Origin: the human T2T-CHM13v2.0 reference genome, Homo sapiens
Reading direction: 5' to 3' (one strand)
Length of the DNA stretch: 64,000 bases
Assembly (NCBI RefSeq): GCF_009914755.1
Contig: NC_060944.1
Positions within the stretch are counted from its first letter, which is position 1, and every line of letters begins with the position of its first letter. Under the pieces are notes generated by a model. It was given only the letters and a program-made list of their open reading frames with translations. It was not told the origin of the DNA and did not search any database. The position numbers were made by a program, and so were the translations under genes. Shown in pieces: positions 12,718-25,407 of this stretch.

Positions 12718-14244
12718 CATGAGCCAGACCATTTCCTCTGAGATGCAAAGCTGTTGGAAGAGGGATGAAGGAAAGGAGTCAGCTTCTTTTGGGTGAAGTA
12801 GGGGGATGTCGCACAGTGACAAGCTGCCAGGGGTAGGGAGGTGTCTCTGTTAGACCTTGGTGGCCTACTGCCCAAACTCTGTAAGGAGCCTTTGTGGATT
12901 TGCCAAGCCTTGGCTGGAGTCCCATGAATGATCTTTGTAGATCTTTTCCTTGGGGGGTTTTCAGCTGCTGGGCCTCCAAGTAGGGCCTGGAGTGCAGGCC
13001 AGATCCACCAGCCATTCAGGATAAAGAGAAGAGGCGAGAAACCAGGCCCCTCCTGACTCCTCTCCACAGAGCACTGCCCTCAGGTCTTGCAGCAGCTGAA
13101 AGGATGTGCGGGGTTTGTTCCTCGCCACAAAGTGCCCGGTCTTGCTCACAGCAGCCTGAGAAATATCCGGAGTCCAGAAGACGGTGTCAAAGTTTCTTTC
13201 CTGTCCGCTTTGCTGTTCTCTCAGGCTGGGTAGAGCCAGCCTCACATGGGGAGCTAGAGGTCCTCTTGGATACACTCACCCCTCCTTTCTACCCTTCCTG
13301 CCTCAGGGGCCTCACCAGTGCTGCTCACTGACCTCCCTTTATGGCCTTTGGACTTGGGCAGCCTGTCCCACTTCCTGCATCTTCATCCCCACATTGATCA
13401 GCAAAGATTGAAGGTGAAAGAACATTATCTTGCAGAATGGCACTCACATCTCAAGCTAAAAGACTGCTTCACAACAGGTGGGAGAGTAAGGAGGGACCAG
13501 GCTGGTGGACGAGCCCGTGGGGGCCATGTTGTCACAATGATGGAGACGGGTGGGAAGAAACAGCTTAATGTCACCAGACACATGACAAGTGGCTTCTTAC
13601 AGCCTAAATAAATAAAATGAGCCAGGTGTTGGGCTTTGCCATGTGACTGTCATTTGCACAGGAGCCATGCAGTTTACCCAAACCCCTGCTAAGTCACCCT
13701 GGTTAGAAAAACAAATTATCGTGTGTCGTCAGAATGCAGTCTTTCATAGGTCATTATCAGAACGGGTCTCTTGTCAATAGCATGTCTGATTGGGAGCAGC
13801 TCTCTGAGTCATTTAGCTTTTCTTGTCAGGGGAAGCTTTTTAACTGCTTCCTGCTGTCCTGTCATTTTGTGCTAACCCCAAATGGCTTTGTTAAATTGAT
13901 GTCACCTTTCCAATTTCTTCCTAGAAGCATTTTCCTTTCTGGTTAACAATGGAAGCATTTATGCAATAATCAGGGGAGAAGAGTAGCCAAACATGAATGC
14001 TGTGAAAACCCATACGTGGAATGAATGCATTTATCTATCTGTAGATGTTCATTGGAGAGCAGGTCCCCATCATTCTGGTTGACACAAAGAGGAAATATGA
14101 AACTCATTCAGATAGCTAAAGAAAAAAAAAAAGAAATAAAAGTAACCCCTAACCAAGAAAAATCCCCATTGCCTTCAGTCAAAAAGAGGATATTCTACGT
14201 CAGACTATTGTGGAATTATCACCAAACAAAAAATTGAAGGAAAT

Positions 14245-14342
14245 GTTGGTGATTGTTGAAATGGGTGAGGGGTACATTGTTTCATTTTACAATCTATGTT
14301 TCTTTATCTTTGAAAATTTTCATAAGAAAAAATATTTTAAAT
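14245..14342 (+). mobile_element. Old L1 (L1M) 3'-end fragment
   Basis: TTGTTGAAATGGGTGAGGGGTACA...TTTGAAAATTTTCATAA, typical of L1M 3' ends. Confidence 0.6.
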
Positions 14343-14929
14343 TGTGATAGGGATTGAATCAAAGAATTCACACATGGCCTGCAGTTCCTGGGCAGAGACA
14401 ATGTTTCCCCTAAATTTAATTTGCAATGCTAACAGGACCCACTCCAATAATTTATAGCTGAAAATATGTTTGAAAGTAAACCTGGCTTGTTACAGATACT
14501 TCTGTGAACAAAGGGGTCTCTGATCAACCAAGCTCTAGCATCTTATAACATAGACTAATGTTTTTACAAACACTGGACTCCTGAATTTTAAAACTTAAAT
14601 AATACATCCCATTAAATGCAGAGATTGAGATTTATGCATAGCTGCTTACTTGAGGACTCCTACTTCATAAAATCCCTAATTAAATAGAAAAGCATTCTCA
14701 ATCTTTGTTAATCATATCTGGGAGAGGTCTGGAAGTTTAGAGCATGATTTTATTAGAGCATTCTCACAGTTCCCTTGGTGGCAACATAATCCAATTTTTG
14801 CAAATTTTAATGGCCAGTGCAGCATGGGTTTCCATGGATTGGAACTGAGGCTCAGATATCCTGGCTTCTGGAGGTAGCCACACTGTCCCACCTCAGACCC
14901 TTCACCTAACTATGCCCAACTCTAACAGT

Positions 14930-15495
14930 TAGAGAATCAAGAACAATTGAACAAATGTCTCCCTACATATGTCAAAATATTAAAAGTTATAAATTAAGCT
15001 AACAAACTGCTAAATAAAATATATTCTAGCATACTAATCAAGCTGAAAAACTGCTAAATAAAATATATTCTAGTATTCTACCTTGACAAATATGACTTTG
15101 TAGCAACCTGGAAGCCAGGTTCAAGTTTCGAATTCTCAGTCCCTCCAAGTTCTGCACCAAGGAATATGGTGATTGATGAGAGGTGGTTCCTGAGTCCTGG
15201 GCCCCTGCTCATAGCATACTCCCTTTCTCTTACCGCCTCTGACTTTATCTCATAGCACAGGGGGTCTCCCTACTTACATATGGTCTCCCCAGATCATACA
15301 TTCAACTCACTCCCTCCCAATCCAACACCAAAAAACTGACCTTAGCAACTAGGGGTGCACACAATGGCTGCATGGCCTGTCTTTTTGAGGAAGGGAGCTC
15401 AAGACCACGAGGACAGAGAATGCCAGGTTCTGTTTAACTGCATAATGGAGAGGTTGAAGCATAAGTTCTAGGTAGGCATGTCCCCTTGACTAATT
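14930..15495 (+). mobile_element. MER115-like hAT-Tip100 DNA transposon fossil
   Basis: AAAAGTTATAAATTAAGCTAACAAACTG...CTACCTTGACAAATAT...CCTGGAAGCCAGGTTCAA...CTAGGGGTGCACAC...CATGTCCCCTTG. Confidence 0.65.
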
Positions 15496-15709
15496 TTGCG
15501 AGGGGCTCAGGTGATCCATGGAAAATAACTTTGTTGCTTCCTCTTTTATCACACTCCCTAAATGTTGGAGTGTCCCTGAGGGCTTGGTATTGAGCCCTGT
15601 AATCTTTCCTCTAGTACTTTCTCTCTAAGTGATGTCATCTGGTTCCATGGTTTTATATCCCTCATTCATTCATTCATTCAACAAATATACATCTTTCTAG
15701 GTACTAGGG

Positions 15710-16539
15710 TGTGACAGTTAATCTTATGTGTCAACTTGACTGGGCTCAGGGATGTCCAGATAGCTGGTAAAGCATTGTCTCTGGGTGTGCCTGTGAGGGT
15801 GTTTCCAGAAGACATTAGCATTTGAATCAGTAGATTGAGTGAAGATCTGCTCTCACCAATATGGATAGGCATCATCCAATCTATTGAGGGCCTGAATAGA
15901 ACACAAAGGCAGAGGAATGATGAATTCTCCTTCACTCTTCTCGATCTGGTACCTCTGACTTCTCTTGCCATCAGACATTGGAGTTCCTGGTTATCAGGCC
16001 TTTGGACTCTGGGCCTAAAACCAGTGGCTCTCCTGGTTCTCAGACATTCAGATTCAGACAGAATTATACCACCAGTGTTCTGGCTTTCCAGCTTGCAAAC
16101 AGCTGGCATGGAACTTCTCACCTCCACAATCATGTGAGCCAATGCCCATAAGAAATCTCTTTTTAAATTATTTTTATTTTTTAAGAGATGAAGTCTCACT
16201 CTGTCTCCCAAGCTGGAGTGGAGTGGCACCGTCATAGCTCACTGTAGCCTCAAACTCCTGGACTCAAGTCTTTCTCCCCACTCAGTCTCCCAAGTAGCTG
16301 GCATGTACCATGACACCCAGCTATTTTTTAATTTTTTTTTTTTTCTAGAGGCACTGTCTTGCTATATTGCCCAAGCTGATCTTGAACTCCTGAACTCATG
16401 GGATCCTCCTGCCTCAGCTTCCCAAAGTGCTGAAATTACTAGCAGGTGTGAGCTACTCTACCGTACTATAAATCTCCATTTATATATTTCTCTATATATC
16501 CTCTTGGTTCTATTTCTCTAGAGATCTGTGACTAATACA
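15710..16539 (+). mobile_element. MLT2 (ERVL) solo LTR, interrupted by an Alu
   Basis: TGTGACAGTTAATCTTATGTGTCAACTTGACTGGGCT...GAGGGCCTGAATAGAACA...; ends GACTAATACA. Confidence 0.9.
16160..16466 (-). mobile_element. AluJ
   Basis: ATAGCTCACTGTAGCCTCAAACTCCTGGACTCAAG J-type diagnostics; dimeric structure. Confidence 0.9.
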
Positions 16540-16601
16540 TGGGATACAGAAGTCCCTGTGTCACAGAGCTTAATTTCTAGTGAGGGAGATGATGAGTAAG
16601 A

Positions 16602-17090
16602 TGCGGTAGCTTTAAGCATGATCCTAAATTCTTTGCTACTCCATCCTGTACAAGGTAGAGTCAATGTCTACTCCCTTGAACTTAGGTGGCTCACAGTTCC
16701 CAGTGGAAGTGACGCTGTGTGACTTTTAAGGCTAGGTCATCAAAGGCCATGACCTTGGTCACTGGGAACACTTGCTCTTGGAGGGCTACATAGTCCTATA
16801 AGAGATGGGCTACCCTAGTACTTCACATTGGCATCCTGGTCAACATTTCCAGCTGAGTCAGGCCTTCAGCCCAGGGAAGAGGCACGGGAGGGGGGAAGCC
16901 ATCTTGGAAGTGGATCCTCCAGGTTCAGCTGTTCCAGCCTCAGCCATTCAAGTTATTCCCAGCTGAAGCCCTAGACATCAGGGAACATGGAGGGTCTGTA
17001 CTCACCATACCCTGTCCAATATGAATCCCTCAAATCTGGGAGCAGAATAAAATGATTACTGTTCATGCCACTAAGTTTTGGGGCAGGATA
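16602..17090 (+). mobile_element. MLT1 (G/H-like) solo LTR
   Basis: GGAAGTGACGCTGTGTGACTTTTAAGGCTAGGTCAT...AATAAAATGATT...CCACTAAGTTTTGGGG. Confidence 0.75.
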
Positions 17091-19239
17091 TATAATGACT
17101 TCTAAATGTATGTCTTCCACCAGTACCTGAGTTCCAGGCATGTATGTTTAGCTGCCTTCTCACAGCTCCGTTTGGATCTCTAAGTTGACAATTAAAAATA
17201 TCCATTTCTAAAATGAAAGTCTTGATTAATACAACTCCTCCCAAACAAAAACCAAGCAAATAAAAACAACTTGTTCATCTTCCCAATCTTAGTAAAAAAT
17301 ACAACTCCCAGCCTAACTGCTTAAGATAGAATCATCCTGGATTCTTTTTCCATCACTTCCCATATCTTGTCCATTGGCAAATCCTGCTGTTTTGACATTG
17401 AAAACATATCTTTAATCTGTCCATTTCTCCATAGCTCCACTGCCCTCATGTGAGCCCTCACTGCAGTTGTCTCTTACCTGAAACAGCCTCCTAACACATT
17501 TCGTGGTACTCAAACCTAGCCCACTCTAGCAGCCAGGAAGATCTTTCAAAAGCAGGAATGAAGATTTCCAGGTCAGTGTGGTGTGGTGAGTGAAAGCTTC
17601 ATCACTTTCCACTCCTCTTTAACAAATAGTAACAAAGGTTATATATTAAAAGTGACAAATTGAAAAGACAAAGTTGGGATTAAATATAGAATAAACATGT
17701 CCAGGAAAAAGGAACGGAATCACACACACGTGCGCGCACACACAGTGAGGAAGCTGGAAGCTCCAGCCTTGCTATCTTCAGGTCTCAATGCAAACAGCAG
17801 GTCCTGGAAAGGTCCATGCTCCATGAGATATTTCTTTGGAGGAGCCAACTGCTTGAAGCCATAGGCTGAGAGTGGGTTCTCAAACTCATAAAAGGAGAAA
17901 GGAAGAACCACCCATCCAACTACAGCTGCCTCTTACTATAGCTCCTGGCAATTGCAGATATGGGGAGTTGAATAGCACAGACATAGCCTTGAGACAAAGA
18001 GCTGAGCCAAGCCACCCCCAGCTCTGCACCACCATCTGAGATGTAGTTCTGGATTGTTCTGCAGAAACACAGGCAGCTGGAGGTATGCACAAAAGGAAGG
18101 AGGTGTGTGTTGGAGGAGACTCTCCCATTTAAAATAAGTCTTTAAACAAAACGTCCCATAAACATGAAATAATTGAACACTAAAAAGGACAATAAAATAA
18201 AAAATCAGCATGTAAATATGCTCTTAGAAGAGCTGTATATGAGTTAGTTATTGCTATGTAACAAATCACCCCCAAACTAAGTTGTCTTTAAATAGTTGCT
18301 TTTATGAAAGATTATAATGAAGATGTTCAGTATTATTAATATCTGTTTATCAAATAGGTAAATTTACTTGCACCAGAAAGAGAATAAGAATTTATGAACA
18401 CAAAGTTCAGACATAGAAAGACACATCTGATAGACTTGAAAGATGGGGCAGTGGAAGGTAGATTGCAGAAAATGTCATGGGGTCAAGAGAGGGAAAATCA
18501 TGATAAATAAGGAAGGTTATTGGTCATAATCAGTAGCTGGGCTGGAAGAGGACAGCAGAAGTCTTAGATTTAGTCTCAGAGCTCCAACTGGTGGAGTTCT
18601 CCTGTACCGTAGTAAAGAGAGAGAGGTAGACTAAAATAGGGAAATACGTTTCACTCAGGAACCAAGCAGCTTTCTCTACACACAAGAATGTATACAGGCA
18701 CACAGGCATACATGCATGTGAAGAGAAAGAGAGCTCCTTTCAGCCTGAGAGGTGGGCACCAGAGCTCAAGGAGGGGCCTGTGGTTCTGAAAGCATGACCC
18801 AGTATAAGCCTCTTCAACACAAGGGTACCTAGGGCATCTGGGGATGGGAGTTCAGATGGCGGTGGCAGCAACATCAGTGACGTCAGAGAGAATAAGTGAC
18901 CAGGATAGGTTTGTGTAGATATAGTTGTATGAACCAATGAGGGAAGAGAGGCAACTGTAATAAAGCAGAAGTTAGAAAGAACTGAGTGTGAGACAAGGTA
19001 AGACCAACCCCTGCCAACCCTGGTGCCTGCTAGAGAGATACAGGACAGGCGTGAGCTGAATCCTGCCATTTGGCTGTGGTAGCCAATGAGTCCGTGGACT
19101 TTAGAACAAACTGTTGAAGTAGCATCCTCTGGGAGCTGCATGCTGGTAAGGCCTAAGAGATATTCAGGTAATGCAAGAGTGTTATCAAGAAGGAAACATA
19201 CAGCTCTTGGAGCACTATCCTTGAAAGTCTAAATTTACA

Positions 19240-19773
19240 AAATCATCAAGCAGCCCCTACGATGGCCTCCAGTAATTTTCATGTTCTGGTATTCAAACCA
19301 GTATGATTTCCTGCACACTGAATGGACTGACCTATGAAACCAATAAAATATTGCACAAATAGTGGTGTGTGACTTTAGTGACTAGGTCATAAAAGACATT
19401 ATAGCTTCTGAGTTGCTTTGTTGGATAACTTGCTCTATGGGGAGCCAGTGGTCATGTTGTGAAGCCACTCGATGCACAAGCCATCCTATAGAGAGATCCA
19501 AGTGGTATGGAATGGAGGCCTCTGCTAACAGCCAGCAAGGACCTGAGGTCTCCTAATGTCAGTCCTGAAAGCAAGCTCTCCTGGAAGTAGATACTCAGCC
19601 CCAGGCAGCCTTCAGCTGACTGCAGCTTCAGCCAACATCTTGACTTCGACTTCCTGAGAGACCCCAAAGCAGAACCACCCTGCTAAGATCCACCCAGATT
19701 TCTGAATGTTTGTTATTTTCTAAGCCCTTACATTTTAGGGCAATTTATTATGCAGCAAGAAATAACTATTACA
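19240..19773 (+). mobile_element. MLT1F-like solo LTR
   Basis: GACTAGGTCATAAAAGACATTATAGCTTC...CCTTCAGCTGACTGCAGC...AATAACTATTACA. Confidence 0.8.
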
Positions 19774-19829
19774 GATTTTGATACCAGAAATGAGGTCAGA
19801 AAAAAGGCCCTTTAAAGATTTTAAGGATT

Positions 19830-20128
19830 TGCCTTCTCACAGATTCTATGGATGCACCCATTCTAGGGCGGGATGATTTCATTCTGCTCCATGTGGCTAC
19901 AACAAGCTAGCCTGAGCTTGCAAACATCATGGTGACAGGAACCCAGGAAAGAAGGAGAAAACAAACAAGCACTTTTCAAGCCTCTTCTTTTGTCAAATTT
20001 GCTTCTGCCTCATTGGCCAAAGGGAATCGCATGGTCAAGCAGAGTTGCCTGGTAGCGTGATACTTAAGTGCATGGATATAGGCAGATTTGGTCAACTGGG
20101 GCCATAAATACTATGAATGTACCAACAG
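19830..20128 (-). mobile_element. MLT1 LTR fragment (matching end piece probably at ~18235-18290)
   Basis: CTGCTCCATGTG...CATTGGCCAAAGGGAATCGCATGG; TTATTGCTATGTAACAAATCACCCCCAAACT at ~18248. Confidence 0.55.
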
Positions 20129-20666
20129 CGTACTAAGATCTCCTTAAATAAATGTGAAATTATAGGAAAATGTTAAGATACCAAAACCTTTATTCACGTG
20201 TTCCTGTTTTTCACAGCTGTTTAATATAATCCAGTTTTCCTTAGTTTTTATGGATGAGTCCTTAAATTTATACATAGTATTTGATGTTAAATCTTGTCCA
20301 ATCTGTCTGGTCAGTTTTGATGGGAAAATTCCTTGGAGTTGCCTTCTTTTATCAGTTACCAGAGGCTTCCCCTAAGCTTTGATATGCTGTCTAGTAATAA
20401 AACCTGACTACTTACAAATACTATTTTTAAAATGCTATTAAATTGTTTCAGGACTGCAGATCACTTCTCCCAGCACGCACATTCTGTAGTGCTTTTTCTT
20501 CCAAGATCAGAAGGGAGATTCAAAAAAGGAAATGCAATGCATGAGATGTTTGCTGCAAGAAGCATCTCTTCCCCATTGGAAGGTAATGCTGTTTCCTTTC
20601 TCTTAATGGTAGCTATTTGCCCTTTGAAGTCCAGCTTCTATTACTATTTTGTATTGGATGATTCTT

Positions 20667-20975
20667 CTTCTTCTTCTTTTTTTTTTTTTTTTTTTTTTGA
20701 CGGAGTCTCACTGTATTGCCAGGCTGAAGTGCAGTGGCATGATCTCAGCTCACAGCAACCTCTGACTCCCTAGTTCAAGCAATTCTCCTGCCTCAGCCTC
20801 CTGAGTAACTGGGATTATAGGCACGTGCCATCACGCCCAGCTAATTTTTGTACTTTTAGTAGAGATGGGGTTTCACCATGTTGGCTAGGATGGTCTCGAT
20901 CTCCTGACCTTGTGATCCTCCCGCCTCAGCCTCCCAAAGTGCTGGAATTACAGACGTGAGCCACCACACCCAGCC
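20667..20975 (-). mobile_element. AluSc
   Basis: TSD TGGATGATTCTT at 20655-20666 and 20976-20987; AGGATGGTCTCGATCTCCTGACCTTGTGATC and TTGCCAGGCT diagnostics. Confidence 0.92.
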
Positions 20976-21629
20976 TGGATGATTCTTTTACACTATTTAT
21001 ACCTGTTAGGTTAGCACACTTCTAATGCACATACTTTCTTTTTCTGTTTCTTTTTCTTTTTTTTCTAGGATGTTTTCAATCCTGTCCCAGTTGCTTTAAA
21101 GAAAATTGGAACATAAATGTTAAAAAACATATTGAAACAACACTCGATGGTGTTTCCAAGCAGAGTTACCAAGTGGTTTCATTACATTGATATGTATTGC
21201 AAGAGGAATCCCTTGTTACAGAGAGCATCCAGAAAAAAAAAAATATGTGTGAGTTATGGGCCTTAAATGCCTACGCTGGATCCTCATGGGAAAACATGCC
21301 CTACTTAGTACAGGCGGCTCTCTTTTTTGAAGGCTTTCTGAGCTTAGAAAGCGTGGGATTTGGCCTCAATATTTTTTATATGGAATGTGAGAAACCGTTA
21401 GTACTTAAAACATTGATGTCGGTAGATTTGACCTTGTGGTTTCAAGAATTTTCAAGCAACCTGAAATTTCAGGGTAGTCGGTAGTTTGTACTTTTGTTGA
21501 GACAGGATATTTAATCTGAATGTGCTGTGAAGCTGGCTTTGGGTAGGAGTCACTTAATCCAGTGTGGCTACTCTGTCATTCTCATATTATTCCATCATCC
21601 TTCACCTAGGAACTCTTATGAAGTGATAG

Positions 21630-22695
21630 TAGTGGACAGGCCATTTGTCCACAGTGATTGCACCATCCCCAGTTTTCTCCCATCCTCTTAATAATTCTTG
21701 ATATTCATTCAAGTTTCTCCTTCCACTTCCCCATTACAGCTCAAGTGGGCATTGATTGGACTAGGTCCAAGCATTTGGTTTAGAAGTGAGCCAGTGACTT
21801 AAAAATAATGCAATCAAAGCAGCCTTAAAGGACCTATGTATTGGTTAGATATTGCTGTGTAACAAACCACTCCAAAACTCAGTTGCTTTAAACAATAAAC
21901 ATTTGTTACAACTCATGACTCTGTAAGTCAGCTGTGTGGTTCTTCTGATCTCAGTTGGGCTTACCTAGATATCTGTGGTCAGCTGCGGATCAGAAAGTAG
22001 CTCTGTTCTCCCAGGCTGGGCCCTCGTGTGTTTTGAGGTTGGCTGTCTACAGGTTGGCCTGGGTTAGGCCCAGCTGAGGTGGCTTATCTCTGCTCCGTGT
22101 AGTCTCTCATTCCACATCAGGGTAGCTAAGGCTTGTGCTTATGGTGAAGGAAAAACTCTAAGACAGAGCGGAAATGTGCAATTCTCTTGAGGCCTAAGCT
22201 CCGAACTAGTATGTTGTCATTTCCAACATATTCTATTGGCCAAAGCAAGTCGTGAGGGCATCCCAGATTCAAGAGGTGGAAAAATAGACCCTGCTTCATG
22301 GTGAGAGGAACCACAAGTTCACATGGCAAAGGACATGGTTTCAGGGAGGGGTGGAATGTTGGAGCCATTTTTGCAATTAGTTTATCAGAGTCAGAGTGAA
22401 ATGCATAGACCAGGACTAACTCTGTCTCACTTTTGGATATGAACAAGGAAGTGGATGGAATTCCTCAGAACTGCTGACTGCCTTCTTGATACCAAGAGGG
22501 AAGACAGCCTGAAAACAAGGCAAATGTACAGGGAAGGACAGAACAAAATAATCACAGAAGAAAAATGTCACAACCCTCATGACATCTGGATCAAGCCCTG
22601 GACTTTGCAGATGCTTAATCTAGTAAATTCTGGTATTACTTATGCCTGTGTGTTTGGAGTTTTCTCCTTGGAACATAGAGACATCTAAATAATAT
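21630..22695 (+). mobile_element. Old MLT1K/L-like LTR split by an MLT1H-like insertion
   Basis: 3' half GACAGCCTGAAAACAAGGCAA...CCCTGGACTTT...AGTAAATTC...CTAAATAATA. Confidence 0.5.
21837..22388 (-). mobile_element. MLT1H-like solo LTR
   Basis: TATTGCTGTGTAACAAACCACTCCAAAACTCAG...ATTCTATTGGCCAAAGCAAGTC...CCCAGATTCAAGAGGTGG. Confidence 0.8.
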
Positions 22696-22703
22696 TGCAA
22701 CTC

Positions 22704-22907
22704 AAAAGACTACAAATTGGATGTGGTGTATATTGCTCAGGTGATGGGTGCACAAAAATCTCAAGTTACCATTAAAGAACTTACTTATGTAACCAGACAC
22801 CACCTGTTCCCAAAAAACCTATGGAAATAAAACAAAAAAAAAAAAAAAAAAAAAAAAAGAAGAAGAAAAACACATACCATAAAATTTTAAACAATAGAAA
22901 ACAGAAA
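22704..22907 (+). mobile_element. 5'-truncated L1PB (L1PB1-like) 3' end with poly(A)
   Basis: GCTCAGGTGATGGGTGCACAAAAATCTC...AAAGAACTTACTTATGTAACC...CACCACCTGTTCCC...GGAAATAAA; A25 at 22834-22858; flanking near-identical direct repeats. Confidence 0.85.
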
Positions 22908-23518
22908 TAAATAATACTGCAATTCAACAAAACAATAGCTTTGCTTCCCCCTTAAAATGGCTCCTCCCCCAAGAAATTTGGCTGCTGGAATGTCAATGAA
23001 AGTGAAGAGAATGAAAGATATGTAGGAGGCAGTTCTTTTTAAGAAAGTCAAAGTTTCACATAAATTACAGAGTGAAATACCTTATTCAACAGAAGTTCAT
23101 ATCTGTGACTTTAGTCCTATACTTATGGAATATTCAAGAGTCTGAAAGCGTCACTTACAATTTTCAGTTATAATTTACTGTCTGTTATGGGAAAAATTAC
23201 ATGTTTCAGTAGACAGTTCCTCAAACTTTTCTTTTTTTAACTTATATCTTCTAAACTGCTATCTCAGTTTGTTTTCTCCCTATTCCCACCAGTTAAGGTT
23301 TTTGCTGACCTCTGTGTTCTAAGACTTTTATTACAAGTACTACTGGTGTGTTGAATACACTTTCTTAAACTGTACAGTTCACAGTTCTTCAAGATTCCAA
23401 GAAAACTCTCTGGGGGGCATGGAGCTTACACCCTCCCCATCCAGTTTGGTAATTATAGCTTCAGTAGTATTTGAAAATGTGTAGGTTCACAAAGGACTTT
23501 GGGATACATGTTTTCTAA

Positions 23519-23893
<375 letters not shown>

Positions 23894-24252
23894 CATGATT
23901 CATTTATTTAAATAATAAATGGATTTCTAAAACTTTAGAGTACAATTGGAGCATCAACAGCAGCAATAAAACCAAATGGTACAACGCTGAAGGTAAAGGG
24001 TGACAATTTCTTTTTGCTGTGTTAGGAACCAAACCAGGATGGAAACACTGAAAGAGGATGAGAGATCATACACAATTTCAGGTCCATCCTAATTCTCAGG
24101 AAGGCAAGTTGACCGTCCCAAATTTTGCATCAGGTTTGCCATTAGGTCTAGTCTGGAGAAAGTTGTCAATGTTTCAAAGACAAAGGGCTGATACCAACAG
24201 GTGTCTGAGAATTTCCACACTAGCTCTATAACTTACATGTTTCTACCTAAGC

Positions 24253-24384
24253 AGGGCCACCATGTGTAGCTGTGTGGTTTGTGCACCACATGAAGCCTGG
24301 GAGCACTGTTCGTATAGACTATCATGTGAATGGCTCCTCCTGGCCTCACGCAGGTGCAATATACTTACTTATTTGTGGTAGCCA
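24253..24384. mobile_element. MER91-like hAT-Tip100 MITE
   Basis: CAGGGCCACCATGTGTAGCTGTGTGGTTTGTGCAC...ATAGACTATCATGTGAATGG. Confidence 0.6.
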
Positions 24385-24894
24385 TATAATCAAATCCCTA
24401 TGTCATTTATTAATGGGATTGACATAAGTCCTATCCAATATCAGAAGCTGTGTATCTACTTTCTGTGGTTGCTCAGGTCTTTTGGCCTCAGCTTTTCACA
24501 ATTAAGAAAAAAAGTGAACCTAGAGTATCATTACTCCTTAGATGCCCCAGACCTAAAGACCCAGTCCCTGTGGTCTTTTTCATCAAAGCTCTCCTGGAGG
24601 AGGATGACATTAGAGGGTTGGAAAGTGGGCGACGGGGCAGTACCCATCTCAAATCAACCAATCAGCTTTCTCTCATGAGCTATCATCAGCCAAAAACATG
24701 CCTTCTTCTCCCTCCTGAGAACAGTGTTTCTTCCTGCATCCCGGCAGAGGCTGTTTGCTTAAATATACATCAAGCCCTTTCTACTGTGGATGAATCTGCT
24801 CCATTAATATCTGTCACTGTTAATGGAGTTGCTTTGCGCTACTCCTTTCTCACTCTGTCCACTCTTGAGGAAATTTACATTGTCCTCTTAGATA

Positions 24895-25110
24895 ATAATA
24901 ACCATGGTAAATGCTATAATTTATTGAGCATTTACTTAGTGCCCTGTGTTGTCCATTGTCCAATTTCTTTCTGACAGGGAGGGAGTGCTTTCCCTCCTCC
25001 CCCTTTTTAAAAATGAGGAAAGTGAACTTGAAGGCATTAAGTCAGTTAGGTTGGAACTGGCACAGGATTCAGGCTATGCCCTCTCCAAAGCCTTTGCTCT
25101 CAGTCATGTG
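24895..25110 (-). mobile_element. MIR
   Basis: ATTTATTGAGCATTTACT...TTTTAAAAATGAGGAAAGTGA. Confidence 0.6.
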
Positions 25111-25407
25111 CCTGGGGATTTCATGACTCTGTGTTGGATTCAGGCAGAGGAGAGCCAGGACTGGATGAAGCGGTGTGGGCACTGAGGTAAGCTCATAACA
25201 TCTTACCTTCAACATGGTATTCCGTAAACATTGTGTCAGTATTGAAGCCTGTTGTAAGGAGAAATGGCAGAGGGGAAGGCGACTGGTGAAGGTGCTCAGT
25301 CTCTCCTTGGTTGTCTTCAGTTATTCACTCTATCCCTAGCCAGCCTCCCATTCAACACAGCCACAGCCCTACAGCTAACAGGTCCTACCACCTTAAAACA
25401 CAGGTTA

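Larger units (their letters stand above)
15540..17560 (+). mobile_element. L2 fragment split by later insertions (pieces ~15540-15660 and ~17095-17560)
   Basis: CTAAATGTTGGAGTG...CTAAGTGATGTCATCTGGTTCCATGGTTTT resumes at ATGACTTCTAAATGTATGTCT...CTGTCCATTTCTCCA. Confidence 0.6.

Noticed and set aside
12519-13611. Several overlapping ORFs up to 182 aa
   Set aside because: They span the (GA)n repeat and an LTR end; no recognisable domain or exon structure.
15678-16235. 185-aa ORF
   Set aside because: Translation of Alu plus MLT2 LTR sequence.
24450-24974. 174-aa ORF
   Set aside because: Non-ATG start, runs into a MIR, no recognisable homology.
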